A stretch of 64,000 nucleotides of DNA from Candidatus Multivorans sp. (GTDB lineage Bacteria > Acidobacteriota > Thermoanaerobaculia > Multivoradales > Multivoraceae), in contig OZ245033.1 of the NCBI GenBank assembly GCA_965224025.1, positions 3,232,001 through 3,296,000 of the forward strand, written 5' to 3'. Below, in pieces: positions 24,498 through 32,273 of this stretch. The position numbers and the translations under genes were made by a program. The notes under the pieces are model-generated. The model ran no database searches and was not told the origin of the DNA. It worked only from the letters and a program-made list of their open reading frames with translations. The number at the start of each line of letters is the position of its first letter. Position 1 is the first letter of the stretch.

Positions 24498-25748
24498 GTG
24501 CCCGACGCGCCTGCACGGGCTGCCCGAGTCCTTCTCGGCATAAGCGGCGGGATCGCCGCCTACAAAGGCGCTTACCTGGTCCGCCGGCTTCGCGAGCGGG
24601 GGGTCGCCGTACGCTGCGCGCCGACGCTGGCGGCGGAGAGCTTCGTGTCGCCGCTCACACTCGAGGTGCTGAGCGGCGAACGGGTCTACGGCCAGAGCTA
24701 CCTGTCGCGCGACGGCGGTGTGGATGGCGCCGAGCTCCACGTCGAGGCGGCGCAGTGGGCCGATCTGCTCTGCGTCGCGCCGGCGACCGCGAACACGCTG
24801 GCCCGCCTGTCCCTCGGTCTCGCGGACGACTTCCTGAGCACCACCGCTCTGATGTTCGAGGGACCGGTGGTGGTGGCGCCCGCGATGCACGACGCGATGT
24901 GGCGCAAGCCCCAGGTCGGCGCCCAGGTCAAGGCGCTGAGCGGCCGCGGCGCCCTGATCGTGGGGCCGGTCGAGGGCGCCCTGGCTTCGGGCGAGCGGGG
25001 TTGGGGCCGCATGGCCGAACCGGAGGCGATCGTGGACGCCGTGTGCCGGAAGTTGGCTCTGCCGGAAACCGGGGCCGCTTCGCCTGTGGGTCCACTGGCC
25101 GGTTGGCGAGTCGTCGTCACGGCCGGCCCGACCTACGAGGCGATCGATCCCGTTCGTTTCCTCGGCAACCGGTCGAGCGGGCGCATGGGCTTCGCCCTGG
25201 CGCGACAGGCGGCGTTCCGGGGCGCGGCGGTCACTCTCGTCGCCGGACCCGTGAACCAGGAGACTCCCGAGGGCGTGCAGCGGATCGATGTCGTCTCCGC
25301 GGTCGAGATGCAGGCGGCGCTCGGGGAGACGGCGCCGGCGGCCGACCTGGTCGTGATGGCCGCCGCGGTGGCCGACTACCGGCCGCGCGAGCGCGCCGGC
25401 CAGAAACTCAAGAAGTCCGGCGCCGACGGTCTGGTGCTCGAAATGGAGCAGAACCCCGACCTCCTCGCCGGTCTGGCGTCGGTGGCGCCCGCGGCGATGC
25501 GCGTTGGTTTTGCGGCCGAGACCGAGCGCCTCGAGGACTCGGCGCGGAGCAAGCTGAAGGCCAAGCAGGCGCACTGGATCGTCGCCAACGACGTGTCGCG
25601 GCCGGACATCGGCTTCGAGGCGGCGGACAACGAGGTGGTCGTCTTCGGCCGGGGCGGCGGCCCCGTCCGCTTCCCGAAGCAGTCGAAGGACGAACTGGCG
25701 GGCCGTCTGCTGGAGTTGTTTGCCGGCGACAGGGCCGCTTCGGGCTAA
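24498..25748 (+). CDS. coaBC: Bifunctional phosphopantothenoylcysteine decarboxylase/synthase
   Basis: GISGGIAAYK, APATANTLA, APAMH, TAGPT.EAIDPVRFLGNRSSGRMG, GFAAET. Confidence 0.98.
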   Translation: MPDAPARAARVLLGISGGIAAYKGAYLVRRLRERGVAVRCAPTLAAESFVSPLTLEVLSGERVYGQSYLSRDGGVDGAELHVEAAQWADLLCVAPATANTLARLSLGLADDFLSTTALMFEGPVVVAPAMHDAMWRKPQVGAQVKALSGRGALIVGPVEGALASGERGWGRMAEPEAIVDAVCRKLALPETGAASPVGPLAGWRVVVTAGPTYEAIDPVRFLGNRSSGRMGFALARQAAFRGAAVTLVAGPVNQETPEGVQRIDVVSAVEMQAALGETAPAADLVVMAAAVADYRPRERAGQKLKKSGADGLVLEMEQNPDLLAGLASVAPAAMRVGFAAETERLEDSARSKLKAKQAHWIVANDVSRPDIGFEAADNEVVVFGRGGGPVRFPKQSKDELAGRLLELFAGDRAASG

Positions 25749-25754
25749 GGGCTC

Positions 25755-26450
25755 GTGACGCGGCCTTCGCCACGGGCTGCCGGACTCTCCGCGAGTCAGG
25801 AACTCGGTCTGCTGCGAGACCTCGGTTTCGAGGACGCCTATCCGCCGCGGGCGGCGGAAGCCGTCCAGGAAGGCGCGGGAGACCGCTCCGAGCGTCTACG
25901 GACGGTGGCGGAAGAGGCTCGGGGCTGTACCGCGTGCCGGCTCTGCGAGCAGCGCAAGACGGTCGTGTTCGGTGACGGTCATGCTGACGCCGGCCTGATG
26001 TTCGTCGGCGAGGGTCCCGGCTACAACGAGGATCAACAGGGCCTGCCCTTCGTGGGGCGGGCGGGACAACTGCTGGACCGCATCATCGCGGCGATTGGCC
26101 TGAGCCGTCAGGAGGTCTACATCACGAACGTGGTCAAGTGCCGGCCGCCGAACAACCGCAATCCGCAGCCGGACGAAATCGCCGCCTGCCGTTCGTTCCT
26201 CGACCGGCAGATCGAACTCGTGGCCCCGGGTGTGATCGTCGCCCTCGGCGGAGTCGCGGCCCAACAGCTCCTGCAGACGAAGGACTCCGTGGGCCGCATG
26301 CGGGGCCGTTGGCACGACGTGCGGGGTGTACCGGTTCGGGTGACCTACCATCCGGCCTTCCTGCTAAGGGATCCGTCGTACAAGCGGGCCGCCTGGGAAG
26401 ACATGCAGCTCGTCCGCGATCGTCTGTTGGAGGCTGGCGGACATGGCTAG
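25755..26450 (+). CDS. Family 4 uracil-DNA glycosylase; its TAG stop overlaps the IS110 insertion core
   Basis: C..C.L, GEGPG..ED..G.PFVGRAG.LL, NVVKCRPP.NR.P, TYHPAFLLR. Confidence 0.96.
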   Translation: MTRPSPRAAGLSASQELGLLRDLGFEDAYPPRAAEAVQEGAGDRSERLRTVAEEARGCTACRLCEQRKTVVFGDGHADAGLMFVGEGPGYNEDQQGLPFVGRAGQLLDRIIAAIGLSRQEVYITNVVKCRPPNNRNPQPDEIAACRSFLDRQIELVAPGVIVALGGVAAQQLLQTKDSVGRMRGRWHDVRGVPVRVTYHPAFLLRDPSYKRAAWEDMQLVRDRLLEAGGHG

Positions 26451-26539
26451 GAGTGTCCGCAGCGTTGTCGCTGCGCTGTCGCGCAGGGAACAGGCAGCGA
26501 GTAGCCAACGTTACAGCGGCGTCGTGGGTTCATAGAGTT

Positions 26540-26725
26540 GGCCGCGCTGGGCAGCGAGGCCGCGCAGGCACTGGTGTGTTGGCGCCCGACTAGGAGTTTG
26601 GCCCGGACCGTGATCGGCGCTCTGACGCTGGCGGCGCGGCTTGTGTCGCGACCCCGTATGCAAGATTGAGCTTTTCGCCGCGGTCTCTGCCCAGCGCGAC
26701 GATTGGATTCCACATCTACGGGAGG
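26540..26725 (+). ncRNA. Predicted IS110 bridge RNA (copy 1); boundaries approximate
   Basis: Non-coding left end with target-matching (CCGACTAG, GGCT) and donor-matching (ATGCAAG, CACATCT) segments in LTG-RTG-LDG-RDG order. The CCCGT/ACGGG stem closes the donor loop. Upstream promoter-like TTACAG-16-TAGAGT. Confidence 0.7.
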
Positions 26726-26731
26726 CAGGGG

Positions 26732-28051
26732 ATGGCAAAGCGGAAGGCGGAGCGTCTGGAAGTCGTTCACCCGGATTGCGCCGGTGTGGACGTAGGCAAG
26801 CGCAAGCACTACGTGGCGGTGGCCCCGTCGCGTTTCGAGCGGCCGGTGCGCAATTTCTCGTCGTTCACGGAGGACCTCGAGGCGATGGCCTCGTGGCTTC
26901 AGGAGTGCGGCGTGCGTGAGGTGGCGCTGGAGTCGACGGGGGTGTACTGGATTCCGGTGTTCGAGGTGCTGGACCGGGCGGGGTTCGAGGTGCATCTGGT
27001 GAATCCTCGGGCGACCAAGCAGGTGAGTGGCCGCAAGAGTGACGTTCTGGACTGCCAGTGGATCCGGCAGTTGATGAGCTACGGGCTCCTGCGCGGTGCG
27101 TTTCGCGCGCCGGACGAGTTGTGTCCGCTGCGTTCGTACACGCGGCAGCGCGCCCAGTTGGTCCGCGACCGCAGCCGCGCGGTGCAGCACATCCAGAAGG
27201 CTCTGGTGCAGATGAACGTGCAGTTGGACAACGTGCTGAGCGACATCATGGGCAAGACCGGCCAGTTGATCGTGCGCGCGATCGTCGCCGGCGAGCGCGA
27301 CGGCGCGGCGCTGGCCCGTCACCGGGACGGTCGCTGCAAGGCTGGTCCGGCTGTGATCGCGGCGAGTTTGCAAGGCAACTGGCGAGACGAGCACCTGTTC
27401 GCTCTGGGCCAGGCGCTGGCCCGCTACGACATGCTGCAAGGCCAGATCGAGATGTGCGAGAAGCGCATCGACGCCGAGCTCGACGGTCTGGCCCAAGACG
27501 GCGTCGAGGACGCGCCGCCGCCCGGTTCGAAGGCGCGCGAGCGCGCCCTGCGGAAGCGGCTGCATCGCATGCTCGGCGTGGACCTGGTCGCCATTCCGAC
27601 GGTCGGCGTCGAAACCGCGCTGACCTTCGCCGCTGAGATCGGCCCGGACCTGTCCCGGTTTCCCTCGCAGGGCAACTTCTGCTCGTGGCTGTGTCTGGCT
27701 CCACCGACCAACATCAGCGGCGACAAACGGCTGAACGGCCCTCCCGTGAAGCAGACCAACCGGGTCGGCCAGGCGCTGCGCCAAGCCGCCACCACAGCCC
27801 GCAACAGCAAGACCGCCATCGGAGCCTCTCACCGCCGGCGTCTCCAGCACATGGAGAAGGCGAAGGCCATCAAGGCCACCGCTCATCAACTCGGCCGACT
27901 GATCTACGCCATGCTGACCCACGGCGAAGAGTACGTCGAGCGCGACCTCGCCGAAATGGAGGCCGTCCGACGCGAACGACAAATCAGAAACCTGCAGCGT
28001 CAGGCCCGCCGCCTGAATCTGGCTCTCGTGCCGACCGAACATGCCGCCTGA
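26732..28051 (+). CDS. IS110 DEDD recombinase/transposase
   Basis: GVDVGK, LESTGVYW and KSDVLD (DEDD RuvC-like); Tnp domain SWLCLAP...SG; RBS GGAGG. Confidence 0.97.
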   Translation: MAKRKAERLEVVHPDCAGVDVGKRKHYVAVAPSRFERPVRNFSSFTEDLEAMASWLQECGVREVALESTGVYWIPVFEVLDRAGFEVHLVNPRATKQVSGRKSDVLDCQWIRQLMSYGLLRGAFRAPDELCPLRSYTRQRAQLVRDRSRAVQHIQKALVQMNVQLDNVLSDIMGKTGQLIVRAIVAGERDGAALARHRDGRCKAGPAVIAASLQGNWRDEHLFALGQALARYDMLQGQIEMCEKRIDAELDGLAQDGVEDAPPPGSKARERALRKRLHRMLGVDLVAIPTVGVETALTFAAEIGPDLSRFPSQGNFCSWLCLAPPTNISGDKRLNGPPVKQTNRVGQALRQAATTARNSKTAIGASHRRRLQHMEKAKAIKATAHQLGRLIYAMLTHGEEYVERDLAEMEAVRRERQIRNLQRQARRLNLALVPTEHAA

Positions 28052-28135
28052 ATCGCGCAACCTGCGCTGCCAACAAGGAACCCCTACCCGTTTGTTCCAT
28101 GCAAGTCCGCGCGGCAGGTTGCGGGTCTTGGCCCC

Positions 28136-29176
28136 TTGAGCGGCGCCGGCGTCCCTCCGGTGGGTCTTCCGGAGAAGGTCTGCGAGGATGTGAGCGAGGC
28201 GATCGGCGGCACGCCCATGGTGCGTCTCCGCCGTTCGCTGGGCTCGGCCCGGAGCGGGACCTGTGTCTGCGCGAAGCTCGAGTACCTGAACCCGATGGGC
28301 AGCGTGAAGGACCGCGTGGCGCGGTACCTCGTGGACCGTGCGCTCGCCTCGGGAACGCTCTCGCCGGGAGGCGTGGTGATCGAGGCTTCGTCCGGCAACA
28401 CGGCAATGGGGCTGGCGATGATGGCGACGAACCGGGGCCTGCGCTGCCGCGCCGTGGTCCGCCGCCAGACCAGCCGGGAGAAGCTCGACTGCCTGCGCGC
28501 CCTGGGCGTCGAGCTGATCCTCGTGGACGGCGATCTGCCGCCTGAGCACCCGGAGTCGTACAACCGGAAGGCGCGGTGCCTGGCGGCCGCCCATCCCGAC
28601 GCCTTCTTCCCCGACCAGCACAACAACCGCGACAACAACCGCTGCCACTACGAGACGACCGCCCCGGAGATCTGGCGGCAGATGGAAGGGCGGATCGATG
28701 TCTTCGTCGGCGGCATCGGCACCGGCGGCACCGTCTCCGGCGTGGGCCGGTACCTGAAGGAGCAGGATCCGAGGATTCTGGTGGTCGCGGTGGACGTCGA
28801 AGGCTCGGTGTTCAGCCGCCACTTCGCGGCGCTGTCGGGGGCGGAGGACGACTCGGCGGCCCCCGGCCGCTACCTGCTCGAAGGACTCGGCGACGAGGAG
28901 ATCATCGACTGCCCGGAATTCGATGTCTTCGACCGGATGCTCCAGGTGAGCGACGCGGAGGCGTTCCTGGCCGCCCGGGAACTCGCGCGGGAGGAGGCGA
29001 TGCTGGTCGGCGGCTCGAGCGGCGCGGCGCTCTGGGGAGTGCGAGAGATCCTTCCCGAGCTGAACCCGGCGGCGCGGGTGGTCACCCTGTTTCCCGATTC
29101 GGGCACCCGCTACCTGAGCACGATCTACAACGACGACTGGCTACGCCAGCAGGGCCTGCCGGCGGCGCGCAGCTAG
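28136..29176 (+). CDS. PLP-dependent cysteine synthase / cystathionine beta-synthase family protein
   Basis: KLEYLNPMGSVKDR, EASSGNT, HYETTAPEIW, GIGTGGT, GGSSG. Confidence 0.93.
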   Translation: MSGAGVPPVGLPEKVCEDVSEAIGGTPMVRLRRSLGSARSGTCVCAKLEYLNPMGSVKDRVARYLVDRALASGTLSPGGVVIEASSGNTAMGLAMMATNRGLRCRAVVRRQTSREKLDCLRALGVELILVDGDLPPEHPESYNRKARCLAAAHPDAFFPDQHNNRDNNRCHYETTAPEIWRQMEGRIDVFVGGIGTGGTVSGVGRYLKEQDPRILVVAVDVEGSVFSRHFAALSGAEDDSAAPGRYLLEGLGDEEIIDCPEFDVFDRMLQVSDAEAFLAARELAREEAMLVGGSSGAALWGVREILPELNPAARVVTLFPDSGTRYLSTIYNDDWLRQQGLPAARS

Positions 29177-29210
29177 GCGGAGGCAGCACCCGCCGGTCCA
29201 GGCGGTGCCC

Positions 29211-29951
29211 TCAGCCGGCGAAGATCAGGTCGTAGCCGATCGCCATGATGGCGAGGTCGAAGCAGACGTGGCTGATCCAGGGCGCCAGGAGCCGGTTGCC
29301 CGTGGCGCGGTACAGCAGGGAACAGAGGACGCCGCCGACGACGACGGGCACCGCCATGAGGAGCACCACCAGAACCGGCGCGTCGCCCACGTAGACGCCG
29401 ATCACGACGACGTGGTGGGCAGCGAAGCCGAGGGCCGCTATGACGAGGGACCACTCCGAGCGCATGAGCCGCTGGAGCCAGCGGTAGACGAAGGCCCGCC
29501 AGTAGACCTCCTCGAGCCAGGAGTGCAGGAAGCTGATGAGGAGCGCGGCGAGGACATAGCGCCAGAGCGTGTCCAGGTGGAAGTCGGCGAGCTTGACGGC
29601 GATCGCTTGGGAAGCCGTAGCCGCCATGTCGCCGCCTCGAAAGAGGGCCACGTAGGCAATCCACGTGAAAGCGGCGCCGGCGATTCCGGTGCCGAGGCCC
29701 AGCGCCAGGGATCGGCCCGGGCGTGACGGCCCGGCTGCCGCCGCGAGCAGTGCGCCGAGGGCTGCCACCGGGCCCGCGAATTGGAGCACCTTGGCGCCGA
29801 GGTAGGCCGGGGCGACCCAGCCGGTGCCTTCGAGCCAGACGAAGTAGGCGAGCGAGGCGACGGTCGGCAGGGTCATGGCGGCGACCAGGACGGTCCACAA
29901 GACCTTCCGGCTTCGTGGGCCGAAGGCGACCTCTTCGCGGACACCCCTCAC
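29211..29951 (-). CDS. CPBP (CAAX protease/Abi) family intramembrane metalloprotease
   Basis: EEVYWR, FAAHH and W.SH...D motifs; multiple TM segments. Confidence 0.9.
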   Translation of the reverse strand: MRGVREEVAFGPRSRKVLWTVLVAAMTLPTVASLAYFVWLEGTGWVAPAYLGAKVLQFAGPVAALGALLAAAAGPSRPGRSLALGLGTGIAGAAFTWIAYVALFRGGDMAATASQAIAVKLADFHLDTLWRYVLAALLISFLHSWLEEVYWRAFVYRWLQRLMRSEWSLVIAALGFAAHHVVVIGVYVGDAPVLVVLLMAVPVVVGGVLCSLLYRATGNRLLAPWISHVCFDLAIMAIGYDLIFAG

Positions 29952-31276
29952 CGGCGGCGGCGCTCTCCCCGCGATAGAGCTTCCAGGTAGGCGTTCCGAT
30001 AGGCGCCGGCGACGATGTCCCAGGTCAGATGCGAAACGGCCCTGGCGCGGGCGCGGGCGCCCATCCGCCGCCGGCGCTCCGGATTGCGTAGGAGACTGGC
30101 GATCGCGTCCCTGAGGGCGGGGCGGTCCTGTTCCGGGACCAGCAGTCCCTCGACGCCGGACTCGATCGCGAGCGGAATTCCCGAGATGGCGGTGGAAATC
30201 ACGGGCAGGCCGCTTGCCAGGGCCTCCAGGATCACGTTGGGCAGGCCGTCGACATTGCCCTGCGGGTCGTGGACCGCGGGCAGGACGAAGAGGTCGGCGC
30301 TGCGGTAGAGGCCAGGCAGATCGTCGTGGGCGACCAGACCGGGAAAGTGGATCCGCGCCGTGTACTCCGGCGCCCAGGCCGCCACCGCGGCCAGGAGTTC
30401 GGGCATCTGGTCGCCGCCGCCGGCGATGACGGCGTGCAGGTCGTCGAACTCGGCCAGGAGCCGCGGGAGCACGTCGACCAGGACGTGAAATCCCTTCTTC
30501 GTCGCCAACCGTCCGACGCCGAGCAGCACCGTGGCGTGGTCGGGGATGCCGAGCCGTTCACGCCACCGTTCGCGGCTCGGCGGGTCCGCGGCCTCGGCGG
30601 CGGGACAGAAGAGGTCGACGTCGACGCCGTAGGGGATGACCCGGTGCGGCTTGCCGCGGTAGCCCAGCTTCAGGACGCGCTCTACAAGTTCCGGCGAGCA
30701 GCCGGTCAGGAGTTGGCAGCGCTTCAGGACGCGCCGGATCGCGGGACGCGCCGCGGCCTTCTCGGCCAGGAAGACGTCGCTGCCGTGCAGGCCCGCGGCA
30801 ATCAGGGCGTTCCGCCCGTGGACGCCCGGCCACAGCGCCACCAGTCCGTTGGGGGCGAGCCAGTGCGCGTGGAGCAGGTCGTAGGGGTCGCGCGCGAGAT
30901 GGCGGGCGACCGCGGCGGCGGCGGCGCGCAGGTAGAGCGGCGCCGCCAGACCGGCGCCAGGCCGGATGCGCTCGTCGGCGGCCAGACTGCGTCCATAGCC
31001 GAGCACCTCAAGCTGTCGCGGCGCGTAGGCGAAGGTGCGGACCTCGACGCCGTCGTCGACCCACGCGGGACGCACGCCCTCCGCGCGGGGCGCCAGCACC
31101 GTGACGCGGTCGCCGCCGCGGACCAGGCCCCGGGCCAGTTCGCGGATGAAGGGTCCGGCCGTATCGCCCGGCCAGCGGGGGTAGGTCTGGGTGAGGAACA
31201 GGATCCGCAGAGCCGCCGCCGGGGCGCCGGTTCGCCCGCCCCGTTCCGCTGCCGAGGTCAGGTTCTCTTCAGGCAA
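29948..31276 (-). CDS. GT4 glycosyltransferase
   Basis: TYPRW, HAHW, HGSDV, VGRL..KKGF, DGLPNVILEALASG. Confidence 0.92.
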   Translation of the reverse strand: MPEENLTSAAERGGRTGAPAAALRILFLTQTYPRWPGDTAGPFIRELARGLVRGGDRVTVLAPRAEGVRPAWVDDGVEVRTFAYAPRQLEVLGYGRSLAADERIRPGAGLAAPLYLRAAAAAVARHLARDPYDLLHAHWLAPNGLVALWPGVHGRNALIAAGLHGSDVFLAEKAAARPAIRRVLKRCQLLTGCSPELVERVLKLGYRGKPHRVIPYGVDVDLFCPAAEAADPPSRERWRERLGIPDHATVLLGVGRLATKKGFHVLVDVLPRLLAEFDDLHAVIAGGGDQMPELLAAVAAWAPEYTARIHFPGLVAHDDLPGLYRSADLFVLPAVHDPQGNVDGLPNVILEALASGLPVISTAISGIPLAIESGVEGLLVPEQDRPALRDAIASLLRNPERRRRMGARARARAVSHLTWDIVAGAYRNAYLEALSRGERRRR

Positions 31277-31283
31277 GTCGCCC

Positions 31284-32273
31284 TCAGCCGACCCGCTCGC
31301 GTACGGAGTAGCTGTCGTGCCGGCGGAAGTTCTTGAAGGTGATCAGCTCGCCGATCAGGCCGGTGGTGACGATCTGAATGCCGAGCACCATGAGCAGGAC
31401 GCCAAGCAGCAGCAGGGGCCGGTTCGAGAGGGACGCGCCCGCGAACCAGAGCGCGGCCAGATAGGAGCAGACGCCAAGACCCGCCGCGAAGCTGATCAGA
31501 CCGACCGGCCCGAAGAGATGCAGCGGCCGGCGGGTGAAGCGGCTGATGAAGAGCACCGTGATCAGGTCGACCGGGCCCTTGTAGGACCGATCCCAACCGT
31601 ACCGGCTGCGGCCGACGCGGCGCGGATGGTGGGCGACCGGAATCTCGCCGATGACGAAGCCGCGGCGGCTGGCGAGAACCGGGATGTACCGATGGAGTTC
31701 GCCGTAGACGGCCACCTGCTCCAGGACCTCCCGACGATATGCCTTGAAACCCGAGTTGAAGTCGTGCAGCTTGACGTTGGAGAGCGTGCGCGTCACCCAG
31801 TTGAAGACCTTCGAAGCCATGCGGCGCCGCAGCGGGTCGCGGCGGGTTCGCTTCCAGCCGCTGACCAGGTCGAGGGGTCCCTCCTCGAGGGCCTGCAGGA
31901 GGCGGGGAATCTCGTCCGGATCGTCCTGCAGGTCGCCGTCCATCGTGACCAGAATGCGGCCGCGGGCGTAGTCCACCCCTGCCGAGAGCGCCGCCGCCTT
32001 GCCGAAGTTCCGGCGCAGGCGGATGAGGCGGACCCGTGGATCGCGCTCGTGTTGCCGCCGCACCTCTTCGGACGTGCCGTCGGTCGAGCCGTCGTCGATG
32101 AACACCAGTTCGGAGCGGACGCCCATGGCGTCCAGGTTCGCAAGGACGCGCTCCGCCAAGGCGGCGACGGTGGCCTCCTCGTTGAGCGCCGGCACCAGCA
32201 CGCTGACGTCGAGTGGCGTCTGCTTGGCTTCGGCCTCGGTACTAGGGTCCGGGCTCGGCATCAACCGGAACAT
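31284..32273 (-). CDS. GT2 polyprenol-phosphate glycosyltransferase (ArnC/DPM-like)
   Basis: VPALNEE, IDDGSTD, RNFGKAAAL, MDGDLQDDP, GELHRYIP, two C-terminal TM helices. Confidence 0.93.
   Translation of the reverse strand: MFRLMPSPDPSTEAEAKQTPLDVSVLVPALNEEATVAALAERVLANLDAMGVRSELVFIDDGSTDGTSEEVRRQHERDPRVRLIRLRRNFGKAAALSAGVDYARGRILVTMDGDLQDDPDEIPRLLQALEEGPLDLVSGWKRTRRDPLRRRMASKVFNWVTRTLSNVKLHDFNSGFKAYRREVLEQVAVYGELHRYIPVLASRRGFVIGEIPVAHHPRRVGRSRYGWDRSYKGPVDLITVLFISRFTRRPLHLFGPVGLISFAAGLGVCSYLAALWFAGASLSNRPLLLLGVLLMVLGIQIVTTGLIGELITFKNFRRHDSYSVRERVG

Larger units (their letters stand above)
26449..28105 (+). mobile_element. IS110-family element, copy 1 (AG core at both ends, no terminal inverted repeats)
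   Basis: Matches copy 2 from CTAG|GAGTGTCC to TTCCATGCAAG; the flanks diverge immediately outside. Confidence 0.95.

Noticed and set aside
26666-26731. Longer N-terminus of the IS110 ORF as given in the ORF track
   Set aside because: ATG 26732 has a GGAGG RBS and sits just before the first DEDD motif; the upstream part is better explained as ncRNA.
28085-28105. IS1111-type subterminal inverted repeats (TGTTCC vs GGAACA)
   Set aside because: The match is only 6 bp and asymmetrically placed, and the long non-coding region is upstream of the ORF, as in the IS110 group.
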